DNA of 61,995 nt, filler included, from Gonapodya sp. JEL0774 (Eukaryota), in NCBI GenBank assembly GCA_027604505.1. It is 12 parts of 12 records of this genome, joined end to end, with 100 filler letters (N's around TTAATTAATTAA, not from the genome) between each part and the next. Parts side by side here need not be neighbours in the genome. Positions count along the whole stretch, not along the records: positions 20,777 to 25,855 come from JADIIX010000791.1; positions 25,956 to 31,033 come from JADIIX010000792.1; positions 31,134 to 36,209 come from JADIIX010000793.1; 9 more parts are not named here. One strand, given 5' to 3'. The translations under genes and the position numbers were made by a program. Below are positions 24,259 to 36,309 of the stretch, piece after piece. The notes under the pieces were generated by a model. The model was not told the origin of the DNA, did not search any database, and saw only the letters and a program-made list of their open reading frames with translations. How positions within the stretch are numbered: position 1 is the first letter of the stretch; each line of letters opens with the position of its first letter.

Positions 24259-24542
24259 CGGGACTGGAATGCGTGGGAGGATGTGGGAGCCTCCACTCTA
24301 CAGAAGGAAGTGCGCGTCTGTGATCACCCCACCCATCTCACAAACTAAACCCAGTGAAAAAGTGTAATGTATTACAATTCTTCACCCAGCGATATTGCTT
24401 GCAAGGTTATATATCTGCTGAACGGAGGGTACGCCTATTGTACCAATGTAGTACTTAGTACCGCGCCAATTTTGCTGCTCATGTCAGCCAATTCGGTCAG
24501 CAGCTCAGTGGAAAGTCATTGACCGTTGCGTTCCTTCGGAAG

Positions 24543-25260
24543 TCAGAGTGGCAACCAGCTTGCTCCACGATTAAATCCACTGCACGGTATGCACATCCGT
24601 AGCATGCCAAACATAGCACTGCTACCTCCCGGAAAGTATGACACGAGGTACCACAAGAGCGAGACCGTTTGCAAGGCTCCGAACACAAGTCCAAATACAT
24701 AGCTGGGCGCAACTAAGGTGAAATACATGACTCCAGTCCAACTCCCAAAAAGTGCAATAGTAAAAGGCAATCGGTCTTGTGATACCATGTGCTGGAAATG
24801 AGTCTTGGGTCCTCGAAGGATGGCTAGAGATCCCAAAAGTAGAACCGAACCGATTGAGAATGAGAAGGCAAACTTCCCCGGGGAAATAAGCACCATGGGG
24901 AGTGTTAGAAAAGCCTAGCACTCATAACTTATTAATGCTTTGCGAGGAATGACAGAAGGATGGTGGGAGATCACTCACCACGAACAGAAAGAAGACTCCA
25001 CTGACAACCATAAGTCCAAACACCAAGAGTCTTTGAAAGCGAGACCACCCAAATAGCTCTTCGGCTGGTTGCGTGGAAAATCCCAAGCTGGTGAGCCCCT
25101 GTTCGCTCGTTCCTTGGATACTAGAACGCAAACTGCCGGTTATATGTTGGATTCGATCGATCGGCACCACTGAGGCAAGAGTGGGGAAGGAGAAAGAGCT
25201 CGAGGACGTGGAAGAGGACTTGTACGCATTGAGCGAATCTCTGAAATGTGATTCGGACAT
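24543..25260 (-). CDS. SFT2: Got1/Sft2-family vesicle transport protein
   Basis: WSRFQRLLVFG, PGKFAFSFSIGS, LRGPKTHFQHM, RLPFT and LWYLVSYFPGG. One intron. Confidence 0.9.
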
Positions 25261-26050
25261 TGATGCATCACGACAGGAGAATCCGTTGGCGTGTGGGCAT
25301 AAATGAATTCGCATCAGGGAATCATCACATAGCCGGATTTTGTGAATAACGGACCGATCGTCGCAAAATGCCTCTTTGGCAAAAATACATGGCGCCAATA
25401 GTTCGTATTGAATGCACGGAATGTGTAATGATGTTTTTGAAGCCGGGGGACACCATCCGAGGGGCACTATAGGTGGGTAGTACATATGTTATCTCATCCA
25501 GTCTGATGAACTTAGTTGGATGTATAATCTCATCCATCACCAGACAATGACTGTGACTGTGCATGAAAGAGCGCCGCAGTCGTGCTTGAATGTTGATTTG
25601 ATCGTTTGACAGGTCTCAACCTCCTTGAAATGCACCTCAAAACCGACATGGAAAAAAGAGATCCCTCTTCATTCATTTGTGAACACGCCGTCCTGCCCAC
25701 GCCAATCCAATTCCCACGATCGCAACGGCCAGGCCGAGGACGATTCTCCTCCTGCCCTCTTCAATCCGCCTCATCCGATCAATTTTCGAGGCTCGCTCGT
25801 CATTTGAAGATTCTTCCGTGGCGATGGGGGAAGCGGGAGTCATCGACCGGGGGTTNNNNNNNNNNNNNNNNNNNNNNNNNNNNNNNNNNNNNNNNNNNNT
25901 TAATTAATTAANNNNNNNNNNNNNNNNNNNNNNNNNNNNNNNNNNNNNNNNNNNNAAAACCATTATCGACTTCCCGCCACTGGATCAAAGTTTAAGTATT
26001 CTCGGCGCTCAGAGTACATGATACAAAATAAAACCGGCAAATAGGGACTA

Positions 26051-26701
26051 TCACATTCGCGCTTGCACCACGGGCTTCTGCAAATAAAAGCAATACGGGG
26101 CATTGGAATTATCACCCTTCATATCCATCACACCCAGCACCGTTTGATCGTCAACTTTTCGGAAGACGTCGTTGATGGGCTTGGCGTCGTATACCTTTGC
26201 CATCATGAAAGGTGATCACCGATCGAGTTACATCACAGAGGATCATGAACGATCGTGAACTCCATAATTACTCACCATCGTCGCAGTCACGACGCCTCTA
26301 TACTCTGTCATTCTCAATCTTGCGGCTGATCGCGCGCCGGTAGACAGAAGGGGGCTTGCCATTCGCAAAAGTGTTGCGTTGACCAACATCCGAGAGAGGC
26401 CAGATGGTGGCTCCGTGGATGTACTCATATTTGATGGATCCAGATTCCACCTCCCTCCGGCGCCATCATCCATCTGAAGCGGATGTACAGTTTCTGCATC
26501 GAGAAACTGCTTGCCGACCCATCCGGATTGGACAAGCAACCCGTCCATTTTATGTCCAGTGGTGATTTCCCCACCGTTCCATGTTCCAATCATCTCATCG
26601 ACCGTCACAGCAGGAAGAGAGTCGAAGAAACTGAGGACCTCGGCAGGCGTCCCACCGCACTCGCGTAACTTGGCAAAGGTTTCCGCTACTGAGTTGGTCA
26701 T
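26051..26701 (-). CDS. GXWXG / DUF4334 protein
   Basis: FDSLPAVTVDEMIGTWNGG..TGHKMDGLL...GWVGKQF...VHPL...ARLRMTEYRGVVTATM/VYDAKPINDVFRKVDDQTVLGVMD. One intron. Confidence 0.88.
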
Positions 26702-27324
26702 TTGCAAAGCTAGATCACAGGTATTATTGCTTCTGTTCTAGAGTAGTTTCAATGTCGGTTTTGCGAGCCGGCTGCAAGCGAAAGGGTTTTGCGGTTGTAC
26801 TTGTTGTACCGTTCGCTGAGGGTGCCCCGCCCAACAATGATCCTCTCCCACGATGAATTACACTGATAGTACAGTGGGAAGAGCACGCGACCTGAGGGGT
26901 TGGTGGTTTGCGCACAGACGCGCTTGTGCATAGAAGTGTGTACTGATATGGACGATATGAAGACCTGTACAGTGTAGTGACGTGCTTAACCGGCACGCAT
27001 GTCGTGCCTGGAAACAGGCGTTGCGCATACCTGCTAGCTCGCTGGAAGGAGGGGACGTTAATGGTATGCAGTAGAGTGTCCTGTGCAGGGTGATAGAGAC
27101 GCGCGTGTCGACGAACGTGACACATGCGTCAATGCAAAATTCTACTGCTCGGCACGTCAAGAACTTGAATGATTATGAGTGTATATTTACACTGTTGATT
27201 GAATGCAACTAATTTGCTGCTATAAACGAATCGGCATTGTAACTCCTCCTGGGTATTGGTACAAAGCCCTCGACATGGGACGCCGAAACCTTTCGTTGCA
27301 CCTGCATTACTTCTCCAAAACGAG

Positions 27325-29600
27325 TTACTTCACGAACTGCTGCATAGAAAGCACCAACTCGCTTGCTACAGTGGGAGTCGAGGTCTAAATTGATATGCAG
27401 ATCCGCAGATGATTCCGTATCTTCACTTCACGCACCACAAAACAACCTACCTTGACCATGAAAAATGTTGGCGCCTTTCGTTTGCCCTGGTCAGCCTCCT
27501 GAGCTGCACTCCCGGTGCTTCCTGTCCCCGTACTCCCGGCTTCTGGTGCAGCGAACCTTATGAAGTTGGTGCCATCCGACTGAATAGGCATGTCCTTGAA
27601 CAGTGGAACGTTGAGGAGTACCCTGAGAACGGCGTCCTGGCGCATAACTGTTTTTAAAGAAAAGCGGTTGCTGTTCATTCCAATGCTACCCGTGTTCACG
27701 TGTCCTAGACGATAACAGTTCAACTCACGTATTCTCCCCCGACCGTCGGTGCTGCTTTTGTTAACCTTGAGTGTACCCGTGCCTCTCTCTTTCCATTCCT
27801 TTGCCTTTTCGTCCATCGCATACAGTTTACATCGCACAGCCATCAGAGTTTGATCTTCTTCTTCCCCAGTAGCGACTTGATTACCATATCGACGGCAGAC
27901 AAAAAGGAGGTCAACGTAAATGACGGTGACTTCAACCGGTGTAACCGAGCCCTCTTGGACAAGCAGCTAACTCACCTGCCACCTCCTCCAATTTCGGCCG
28001 ATCAACCCCACTTCCGTTCCACTCTGCCTCCCACTCGGCAGGTCCTGCCTCCCCTCCGTCCTCCCCACCATCACCATCTTCGCCATCATCTTGTTGAGTC
28101 GCGCTAAGGCTAGACTTTTGTGTGAACGAGGAGGCACCGCCGAACCGAGAAAAGGCGGACTGGCTTCCGCCACCAGAAGAGAACGCCGAGAAAGAAGAAG
28201 TTGTACCACTACCGCTTCCAAATACAGATCCACCAGCTCCCACACTGGCAAAGGGCGACAAAGGTTGCGATGAGGCAGAGGAGAACGACGCAAACGAGGG
28301 TTTTCCCGAGCCAAGCGACGAGGAGGCTCCGAATGGAGACGCAGAAGCTCCGAACGATGCGAAAGAGGTTGCTCCAGTACCGGAGACGGGGGATGCGAGG
28401 GCGCCAAACGTGGTAGCACCAGTTGCGAGACGAGAGCCAAATGTGACAGAGGGCGTGGACGGTGCAGTGATTGTGGTAGCAGCGGGGGTAGAAGTTGTGA
28501 TAGTGGAGGGCTTTGGTGGTGATTTAGGTTCCGGTTCGCCAATGACATGGGTGGAGCCGATATCCGTTCCCACGAGGTCCAGCTTCCTTGCAGCACTGCC
28601 CGCCGATACAGATATTTCTGGAGCACCAGCTGTCTCTTCCCCGAATCCGGGTTTCTTTGCGGGTGTCGCTGGTGAAGTTTGGATGGACCAATGCTATGTA
28701 CCAGCAGTGTGACAGTGTTTGCGAGGATTGGTCGACCGACGACACATTTAGGGAATTTATTTGATGACCAAGCTCACCTTGGTTGCTGGTGTTATTCCAG
28801 AGTCCAATGGTGCTCTGTCCGGAGTGACAGGAGTAGGAGCGGGCGCAGCAGTCTTAGCCCTGGCTTTTGAGCTCCTGCTCGGCACTGCGAGGCCACGCGC
28901 CGCGTCAACTCGTGATTGAGTCGTACTTGATGATCCTGAGGGTGGTTTTGGTGCAGTCTTTGCAGCTCCTGATGCTTGACCTACTTCTGGGCCGCCGTCC
29001 TCGTCCGCGTCGGAGGGAGCGTCTAAATCGTCTTGGGAGTTGCGAGGCTCGGAAAAGCGGTTCTTTGAGTGGGGAGTAGTTGGTAACATGGGATTTGAGG
29101 CATGACGAGACGGGGAGTGTGCAGAGCCCAACAGCTTCGCCACGGCAGAAGTGGTTGAAGGTCGTGACGGTGACATTTCGATGGGGTCACCGCCATCATC
29201 CTCTGGATCAAAATCTTCCGCGTCCTGAACTTCTTCGTCCTCATCCTCGTGCGGCGGAGGAGTGGTCGGGAGGCGGGAACGGACGGAAGGGGACTCTCCT
29301 TCCGGACGTTGCTTCTTGGTCTTGTTTGGAGCAGTAGATGGTGTAGCTGGAGCATCGACGCCTGATTTTTCTTCCTAATTTCATGTAATTGGATGTATGG
29401 CGACGATTGCCCAGTGCAGAGAGAGTATCAGTGTTCTTTGGTACAGATGGCCACCGGTTTCAGCCCGTCAGATTACGTACCCCGTCCGAGCCCGTGGGCA
29501 CGTCTCCAGCACGTTTTCGCTTGCTCTGCTGAGCTCTTGTGCTGGGTGTTGCTGATGACAGAAAGGAAGATTCCAGCCGCCATATGTCCAAACAAGCAGA
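27325..29600 (-). CDS. RanBD1-domain protein with FG-like low-complexity region (Yrb2/RanBP3/Nup50-like); 5' end uncertain
   Basis: RCKLYAM...EWKERGTGTLKVN...RI/VMRQDAVLRVLLN, preceded by a SFASFG/FGSG-rich tract and a KRKR motif. Confidence 0.8.
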
Positions 29601-30134
29601 GGCAGGAATTACAAAGTTTTCCACGGCAGAAACGGGCGTCTCGGATCACATGAGAAGTTCTGAAGTGTGCATACCTGGTTTACTAGGCATTCTAGTTGAT
29701 CGATGCTTCGCAGAAACGAGCTCAAATGTTGGGAATCAGGCTTCGGTGTTGGGCAAATGTAAACACGGATGAACTGTGCACACTCGAACATGAACTCATT
29801 TCCGAAGAAGGAAGAACAACGGAGGAAATATCACGCAACGCTTCCACCTGTCGTTTGGGACACTGAGCCGAGCAAGTTGTTCTCACGAGTCCCCGGGGAG
29901 TTATTATTCAAACCACAGAGACGACTTGTGTGACCGTCACACGGTGGGAGCAAGATTTTCTACACACCCCCCCCTAAGTGCATTGAAGCTCAGTGGGATC
30001 CAGGCTCTTTTCCTTTTTCAAATTTGGAAGTCGTTGGTGCACCGCCGTGTTTGAAGTGGCGCACTGCCCTGAGCAAAGGTTGGACACACCGACAATCACC
30101 CCATCGATCCGTTTTCCAGTATAGTTCCATTGCG

Positions 30135-31033
30135 ATGGTGAAGATTCTCGGCTCTCTCGTTGCAGCTCTTGCTGTTGCCCAAATGGCATTCGCCCAATTC
30201 AGCCAGGGTGAGCTGTTGACCCCTCCTTGTGAAGTGGAGCATAATTTAGACCTCTTGCCTTTTCTCGGAACCCAGACAACCCGACGTACTTTCCCAACAG
30301 CTGCAAGACGTGAGTCTTGTGTGCAGTGATGGCACCATTTTTGGCTTCATTCTGCTGTGGGCAAGGATTGACATGGTGGTTTGCTCTTTTATCATCTCCC
30401 TTCATGATGATCCAGTCCCGGCCAAGTTGCGCTGATTTTCACCGACGGACCATCGTAAGTGTTCTTTCCATCTATTGTAAATCCTCGAAGCATGGCATTG
30501 AGTACTTTTCGTTGTCCAGAGTCTACACGGGCCAAATGATTGCAAACCTGAACGGGGCGACGGCTGTCAAAAACATCAACCTGTTCCCCGTCACGAGATT
30601 CTTGAACGATGTTACAGCCAGTGCCCCTCTCAAGAATGCCGCAACTGCTGGGGCGTTCATTGGAATGCGTGAGTTTTTAAGTAGTCCCCAACAGCACCAA
30701 CTCATCATCTGAATCACAGGGTGGACAACCACCGTGAACCTCACCACGCTTACGGAGGCTCAAATCGCAACGCAGCTGCAGACTGACTGCGCTGCTATTG
30801 GAACTGTCACTGGGAAGAACCCCAAATACATTTACCTTTCTCGTGGGGATGTTTCTCAACAGACATGGCAGTACGTGAAGAACCAAGGATATACTGTGAG
30901 CTTGCAGTTGTGAAAACTTTTTTCGTGAAACCATCTTGATCCTTTTGCTCCATTGTCATCTCGACTTACAACAGCCCATCTCCTACAACATCGACTCCCA
31001 AGACTACGCCTTGAACAACACCGATGATGCCAC
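30135..31033 (+). CDS. Secreted NodB/CE4 polysaccharide-deacetylase-like protein with degenerate active site, truncated
   Basis: Signal peptide, PGQVALIFTDGPS, AGAFIGM/RWTTTVNLTTLTEAQIATQL...IGTVTGKNPKY and YNIDSQDY. Confidence 0.75.
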
Positions 31034-31133
31034 NNNNNNNNNNNNNNNNNNNNNNNNNNNNNNNNNNNNNNNNNNNNTTAATTAATTAANNNNNNNNNNN
31101 NNNNNNNNNNNNNNNNNNNNNNNNNNNNNNNNN

Positions 31134-31811
31134 GTTTGGGTCTGGGGATGGGGAGAAGAGGAGGAGCTGGTGGGAGAGGTGGCTTGGTGGTGGAGTGGAT
31201 CGGAGAGTGAGTGTTGTGATATGGGGGTCGGAAATTCATAGCAGAGAAAATGCAGCGGTATCGACACGATAAGAGAGGGCTGTCGACACCGCAGATCACC
31301 GATCACGTACAGCACCCAAGTCACATCACCATCACCACGCACTCTTTCCGCCAATTTTTACCAACTCACTTAAATGCCAGATGCACCATCACAAGCACTG
31401 TGACGAGTACAGGTGCCCATCGATGCTGTCCCCAGTACGTTGTGATTACGAACGTGTACAATGCGGCACCGAGAAGATGCAGAAACCCGAGAGCGGGGAA
31501 GAAGGAAACGAACAGAAACGCAGACGTCGCAAGTGCTGTTGTCCCGGTTGGGTTTTGGTGTTTGCATACATGGGGAAGGGGGAGTGGTGAGAGGATGACA
31601 TCTACACCTAATCCCTCCTCACAAACACCCATCGCCGCATCAGAGATAAGCGACAACACCCACAGTACAAATGTCTGACTACAGTCCATTTCTTTGGAAT
31701 CAGTGGGAACACCGCTGCGATCGGGTACCCGGCAACAAGAGCAATCATCCCCAGGACGTTGTCCACCGGCAGGTTCAGCGACGCCGCGAGGGCGTGGACC
31801 GGTGACGTCAT
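31134..31811 (-). CDS. MBOAT-family lysophospholipid acyltransferase (ALE1-like), N-terminal part
   Basis: LAASLNLPVDNV...LVAGYPIA...VRHLY/...HLLGAALYTF...VLVMVHLAF resembles MBOAT N-termini. The catalytic part is not in the contig. Confidence 0.65.
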
Positions 31812-32434
31812 CGGATGAAACGGTGTGATGGCGTGTGCGATTTGCGAGTGTACTATCGGTTGTTGTACTTGCACGTGCGTGTAAAAGCCGGTGAATATAT
31901 CCGGATGTATGGACTCGATTCCCCGGTCTCAATCCCCGAATCCGAGTTGCCGAGAATCGGATTTGCTCTCGAGACACTGAGAGGTCTCGATTCCTCGTTT
32001 ACGTGATCGTTGGATTCTCAGTGTCCAAGAAAAATGCGTTGGTGCGTGAAACTTTGGGGCCACGTTCGCCTGCCAGGGTTTGACAGGTTTTGGGGGGAGC
32101 ACAACTCCAAAAAGCCACATGCTTGTATTGCAGAATCACTCATTCTTAGCTTTCAAGAGAACCAAACTTGTCCGTTTCAGACTGGGAGGTTCTGTTTGGG
32201 CTGCGTGGGGGGAGGCAGGTGGATGCATCACACCAATACATACACCTTTTTGAGGTTGTAGGCTGTACAATAACTAAATTACCTTCGAGTTCGTTGGTCC
32301 TGCGCTTATGTACATAAATAGTGTGAAATTCCTTGTGCTTGTGTCGTCAACTCTCTGTCTTGGAACTTTCCGCAGCAAGCTGAATCAAATTACTTGTGAT
32401 TCACATCCTCTCTGAAATATTCTCAATACCGGTC

Positions 32435-33826
32435 ATGCGCTCTTCTGACTCCCCGCTTACGCTCTCCCTTTTCGAATCCCTTCCGCTCGAGACTCTCCAC
32501 ACAATCTTCCGTCTTCTTCCCTCGCGCACGTTCTACGGGAGGATCCCTCGCCTTTCTCATCGTTTTCGCGAAGCATCGCTCGGCGCCATACCGGGATGTA
32601 ATGAAGGCGAGGTTGCGATACTCCTCCATTGGTCTTTGCGACGGGTTCATACCCCTCCTATCAGATCCTTCTTCGAATGTCCACTCCATTTCAATCTCGT
32701 ACAGTCACCAAAGGGACCCGTGTGGGCGACAATATCCGCCACACTGGTGTGCACGGTTGAGGACATTGCGGAGAAGCTCCGTTGGAACTTGCAACGGCTG
32801 CGTGACGAGGTCCTTCAGACACCTGCGGCGCCAAGTAGACACATGAGGATAGATAATCATAGCCGACATCGCTTTAAAGTGATCGTGGGGGAATTTTATT
32901 GGTTTGAACATCTCCCACAACATCGTAAGCTCTTCTCAGTTATGGAGGATATCATCGAGCACCACCGCATCACTAGAGTCAGCCTGGCTTTCCAAGGAAG
33001 GGAAGCATTACTTGACAGGCTGCCAAAGCGTCCTGTAATGGACTCGGTGACAACGATCGGCACATCGAAAGGTGGTTCTTTCGAAGTTGTAGACGAGACG
33101 ACCGTGCTCAGCTGGGTCGCTCATCTCATGGAAAGATTTCCATCTGCAGTGGAATTGCGCGGGCTCATGTTTGTTCCCACAACCGATGTTGCACGGGACT
33201 CGCTCAGGATGTTGGTTCCTCTTCGGCGTCGGAATCTGATCCAGCGACTCTTGAATGGCACAGTGGGCTCAAGTGATCTTGATTTTGTGAGCAACAATTG
33301 GCTCAATCTACTGCTGCTGCCTACAGTATACCCGAATCTCGCGGAACTGGGCCCTTTACGGATCCCCGTCGTGGTGGAAGGTGCTCGTAAGAACACGGTT
33401 CCCCCCTTTATTCCGCCCGAACGCAATTTACAGGATCTGAAATCGCTACCTCGAATCGTGAAAGTGCAACTTGAACTACTTCGAGGATTTCTTGATGATG
33501 GAGAGGACGACGGCGTGCGCAGTGATTGGTTGACCGATGGCGAAGACATCGCCCCCGCCCTAAATCACCTCTTCCCCAACCTCAAGCAGTTAGAGATTTG
33601 TGTATCGGTGAATCCAGAAGACTTGTCATGTGTGGGAGCTCTTGTCACATCACTGGTCTCAGAATTGACGAAGGGCTGTGTTCTCATCATTCGGAACTCA
33701 CTGTGGTGCAGTGCGTCCTATTGGCTTCAATACAGCTCACTTGTGGAAACATGGCCGCCTGTTTTGAAAGGGTGGAATGGACAGAAAGAAGCTTGGATTG
33801 TGAACGGAAAGCGTGTACTGCGGTGA
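32435..33826 (+). CDS. F-box-like protein with degenerate LRR-like C-terminus, intronless
   Basis: LFESLPLETLHTIFRLLP...IPRLSHRFR F-box-like start; later YPNLAELG and FPNLKQLEI motifs. Confidence 0.7.
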   Translation: MRSSDSPLTLSLFESLPLETLHTIFRLLPSRTFYGRIPRLSHRFREASLGAIPGCNEGEVAILLHWSLRRVHTPPIRSFFECPLHFNLVQSPKGPVWATISATLVCTVEDIAEKLRWNLQRLRDEVLQTPAAPSRHMRIDNHSRHRFKVIVGEFYWFEHLPQHRKLFSVMEDIIEHHRITRVSLAFQGREALLDRLPKRPVMDSVTTIGTSKGGSFEVVDETTVLSWVAHLMERFPSAVELRGLMFVPTTDVARDSLRMLVPLRRRNLIQRLLNGTVGSSDLDFVSNNWLNLLLLPTVYPNLAELGPLRIPVVVEGARKNTVPPFIPPERNLQDLKSLPRIVKVQLELLRGFLDDGEDDGVRSDWLTDGEDIAPALNHLFPNLKQLEICVSVNPEDLSCVGALVTSLVSELTKGCVLIIRNSLWCSASYWLQYSSLVETWPPVLKGWNGQKEAWIVNGKRVLR

Positions 33827-34638
33827 CATCGTATTGACGAGGTAGCGTGCATTTGCCGTATGCACGTATTCATTTCAATAGGCTCAATAATTTCTTGCAT
33901 TGTGCTGATTATGTGGCGATTTAACCGAACTGGATTCGAACTGTTTCAATGCTCTACGAGGCGTGGGATCCCCACGAAATAGCAACCATTGGAACAACGG
34001 ACAAGACACAAAGAGCTAAAAGCGATGGACAAAGCGCAAAACGTGAACAAGTGAACCATTGAACAAGTAGGGATATGCAAACCTCAACATTTATCCACGG
34101 CTTTCGATATTCTTAATTGCAAAATGGTCTCTCGCACAACCTTTCCCGGCGACCCATCACAAACGAAGGCCAACAAGAAATACTTATTCGTAAACTGAAG
34201 TTGGATGTTCATCTGTGTGTAGTTTATGGAGTTTTGAAGTCTTAGTTCCCAAAATTTGAGGACATATCAATGGCGCAGAGGCAACCACCGTGAGTGCAGC
34301 TGGGGTGGCAGCAATTGGGGAGGTTGAGGAACGGAAAATGCGGAGGGAAGATGTATAGATCCGTTGTGGGACGCGGGGGGAATGTAAAACTTTGGCCGGA
34401 TTCACTAGAAGGCGGCACGCGGTACTCGATTCCTTCGCCTTACGAGGTTGTCTTTGGAATGAAACCTTCGTTCTAAGCATTAACATAAAAGACTGTACTA
34501 TTCCAACTGAGCAGTGGATGATTTTGACGGCCGCCCAGTGCATACTCCGTCAAAATATGACTTGGCGGTTGGGTAAAGAGAACAGGCATCAAAATCCGCT
34601 GCTGCTCTCACAGCGCCCATTGCCCTTTCGATAACCCA

Positions 34639-36022
34639 ATGGCTTCTCCTGATATCCCGCCTTTTCCATCAAGTTCTCACTGCCTTCTCGAATCCTTACC
34701 CGGAGAGACTCTGCAGGCCTTCTTCCTGCTTCTGTCCCCACGAACGTTCTACGGATCCATCCCCCGCCTCTCCCGCCGTTTGAGCGCAGCATCTCTCGGT
34801 GCGATACCGAGATGTGCCGGGGACGAGGTCGCGATCCTGTTGGGCTGGTCGGTTTCCAAACGGGATCGACGGCCGGACCACCCTCTCCTGTTTCTCGATC
34901 TCGACTATTTCGCTCCAGTGCACATGCCAACGGGACCTGTGTGGACAGCAATGTCTGTGATGCTTACATGCACGTTGGAGGACTTTGAGGAGAAGTTGGG
35001 TTGGAGTGGAGAACGCGTCCCGAATGATGTACTGGTTGCCGCTACCGCGCAAGGTGGTCAGAGTCCCATTAGGATCAACGAAGAGAGCAGACATCGGTTT
35101 AAAGTGATTATGGCAGAAATTTTGTGGTGGGAGTCTCTCCCAAGACCGGAACTGGTACTCCAGCATGTTGCTGATGTCGTTCGGCGAAACCACATTTCCA
35201 AAGTCCACATCGCCTCCAGGGAGTTCAGAATGTGTTTGAGTACTTGCCAGAGGATTATGTGATGGACTCAGTGACATCCCTCCGCGCATACGTGAACGAT
35301 ATTCCTGAAAATGGTGGGGGCCCGTTCTTTGTATTGCTCAGCTCCTGGAGCCATTTCCATGTGCGCGGAGGCTGAGTGGAATTGTCCCCACAAAAGAACC
35401 TGAATGGAGCTCGCTCATGCAGTTGGTACCCGAACATCGTCGAACCATCGTGCAGTACCTCGACATCCAGCGTTGGATGGGTCGCAGCCATTTATTCGGT
35501 GAACACCGACTCAATGCACTCTTTATGACGAGTCTACTCGCCAATCTCGAGGACCTCGGACCTTTTCTCATACCCATCATGCCTGATCCCGGACGTCCTC
35601 AGCACCTCTTTCCCCCGTTCATTCCGTTTCAACTCAAGGCGCAGGACCTAATCCCTTCAACTCGTATTGTGAGCACTTCTCTCGATATTAGAGTATTCTG
35701 GGGTGTATGCCGGTCGGTCTGAGTGAACGCTTTGCTGACGGCACTGACATTGTGCAAGCATTAGTCCACCTCTAACTTCCCGAACCTCGAAGTCCTAGAG
35801 CTCCGCTTGCCAGTGCGAGCACATTCTTTGTGGTATTTGGGAGTTTTCATCAGCGCTCTGGTGTCAGAACTGAGGAACGGTCGTACTCTTGTCATTCGAC
35901 ACCAAGGAAAGCTCGCAAGTGACTCAGAAGAGAGCATGAACCTTGACACGTGGCCGTCGATTTTGAGAGGATGGACCGGACAAAGAGATGCTCGGATCGT
36001 GAATGGAAACCGGGTGCGGTGA
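34639..36022 (+). pseudogene. Frameshifted tandem paralog of the 32435-33826 F-box-like gene
   Basis: Collinear homology (RTFYGSIPRLS, SRHRFKVI, PPFIP, FPNLEVLEL, LVSEL, TWP..L.GW.GQ..A.IVNG.RV) is split over ORFs 34639-35262, 35417-35722 and 35807-36022. No convincing introns restore the frame. Confidence 0.75.
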
Positions 36023-36309
36023 CGGGAGGTTGTACCCTATGTAATTTGTCGAAGCGAGAGAGTTTGCGAGACAGTGAAAACGAACACGAAAGCTATAAAC
36101 AATGGCACTCTATAGTATAAGTGAAATTTATGTTTTTCTTGCATCTTTCCATTCGGTTTTCGATTCACCTCTGCCGCTGAGTCATTCCTGATCTCTGACC
36201 CAAAAACATNNNNNNNNNNNNNNNNNNNNNNNNNNNNNNNNNNNNNNNNNNNNTTAATTAATTAANNNNNNNNNNNNNNNNNNNNNNNNNNNNNNNNNNN
36301 NNNNNNNNN

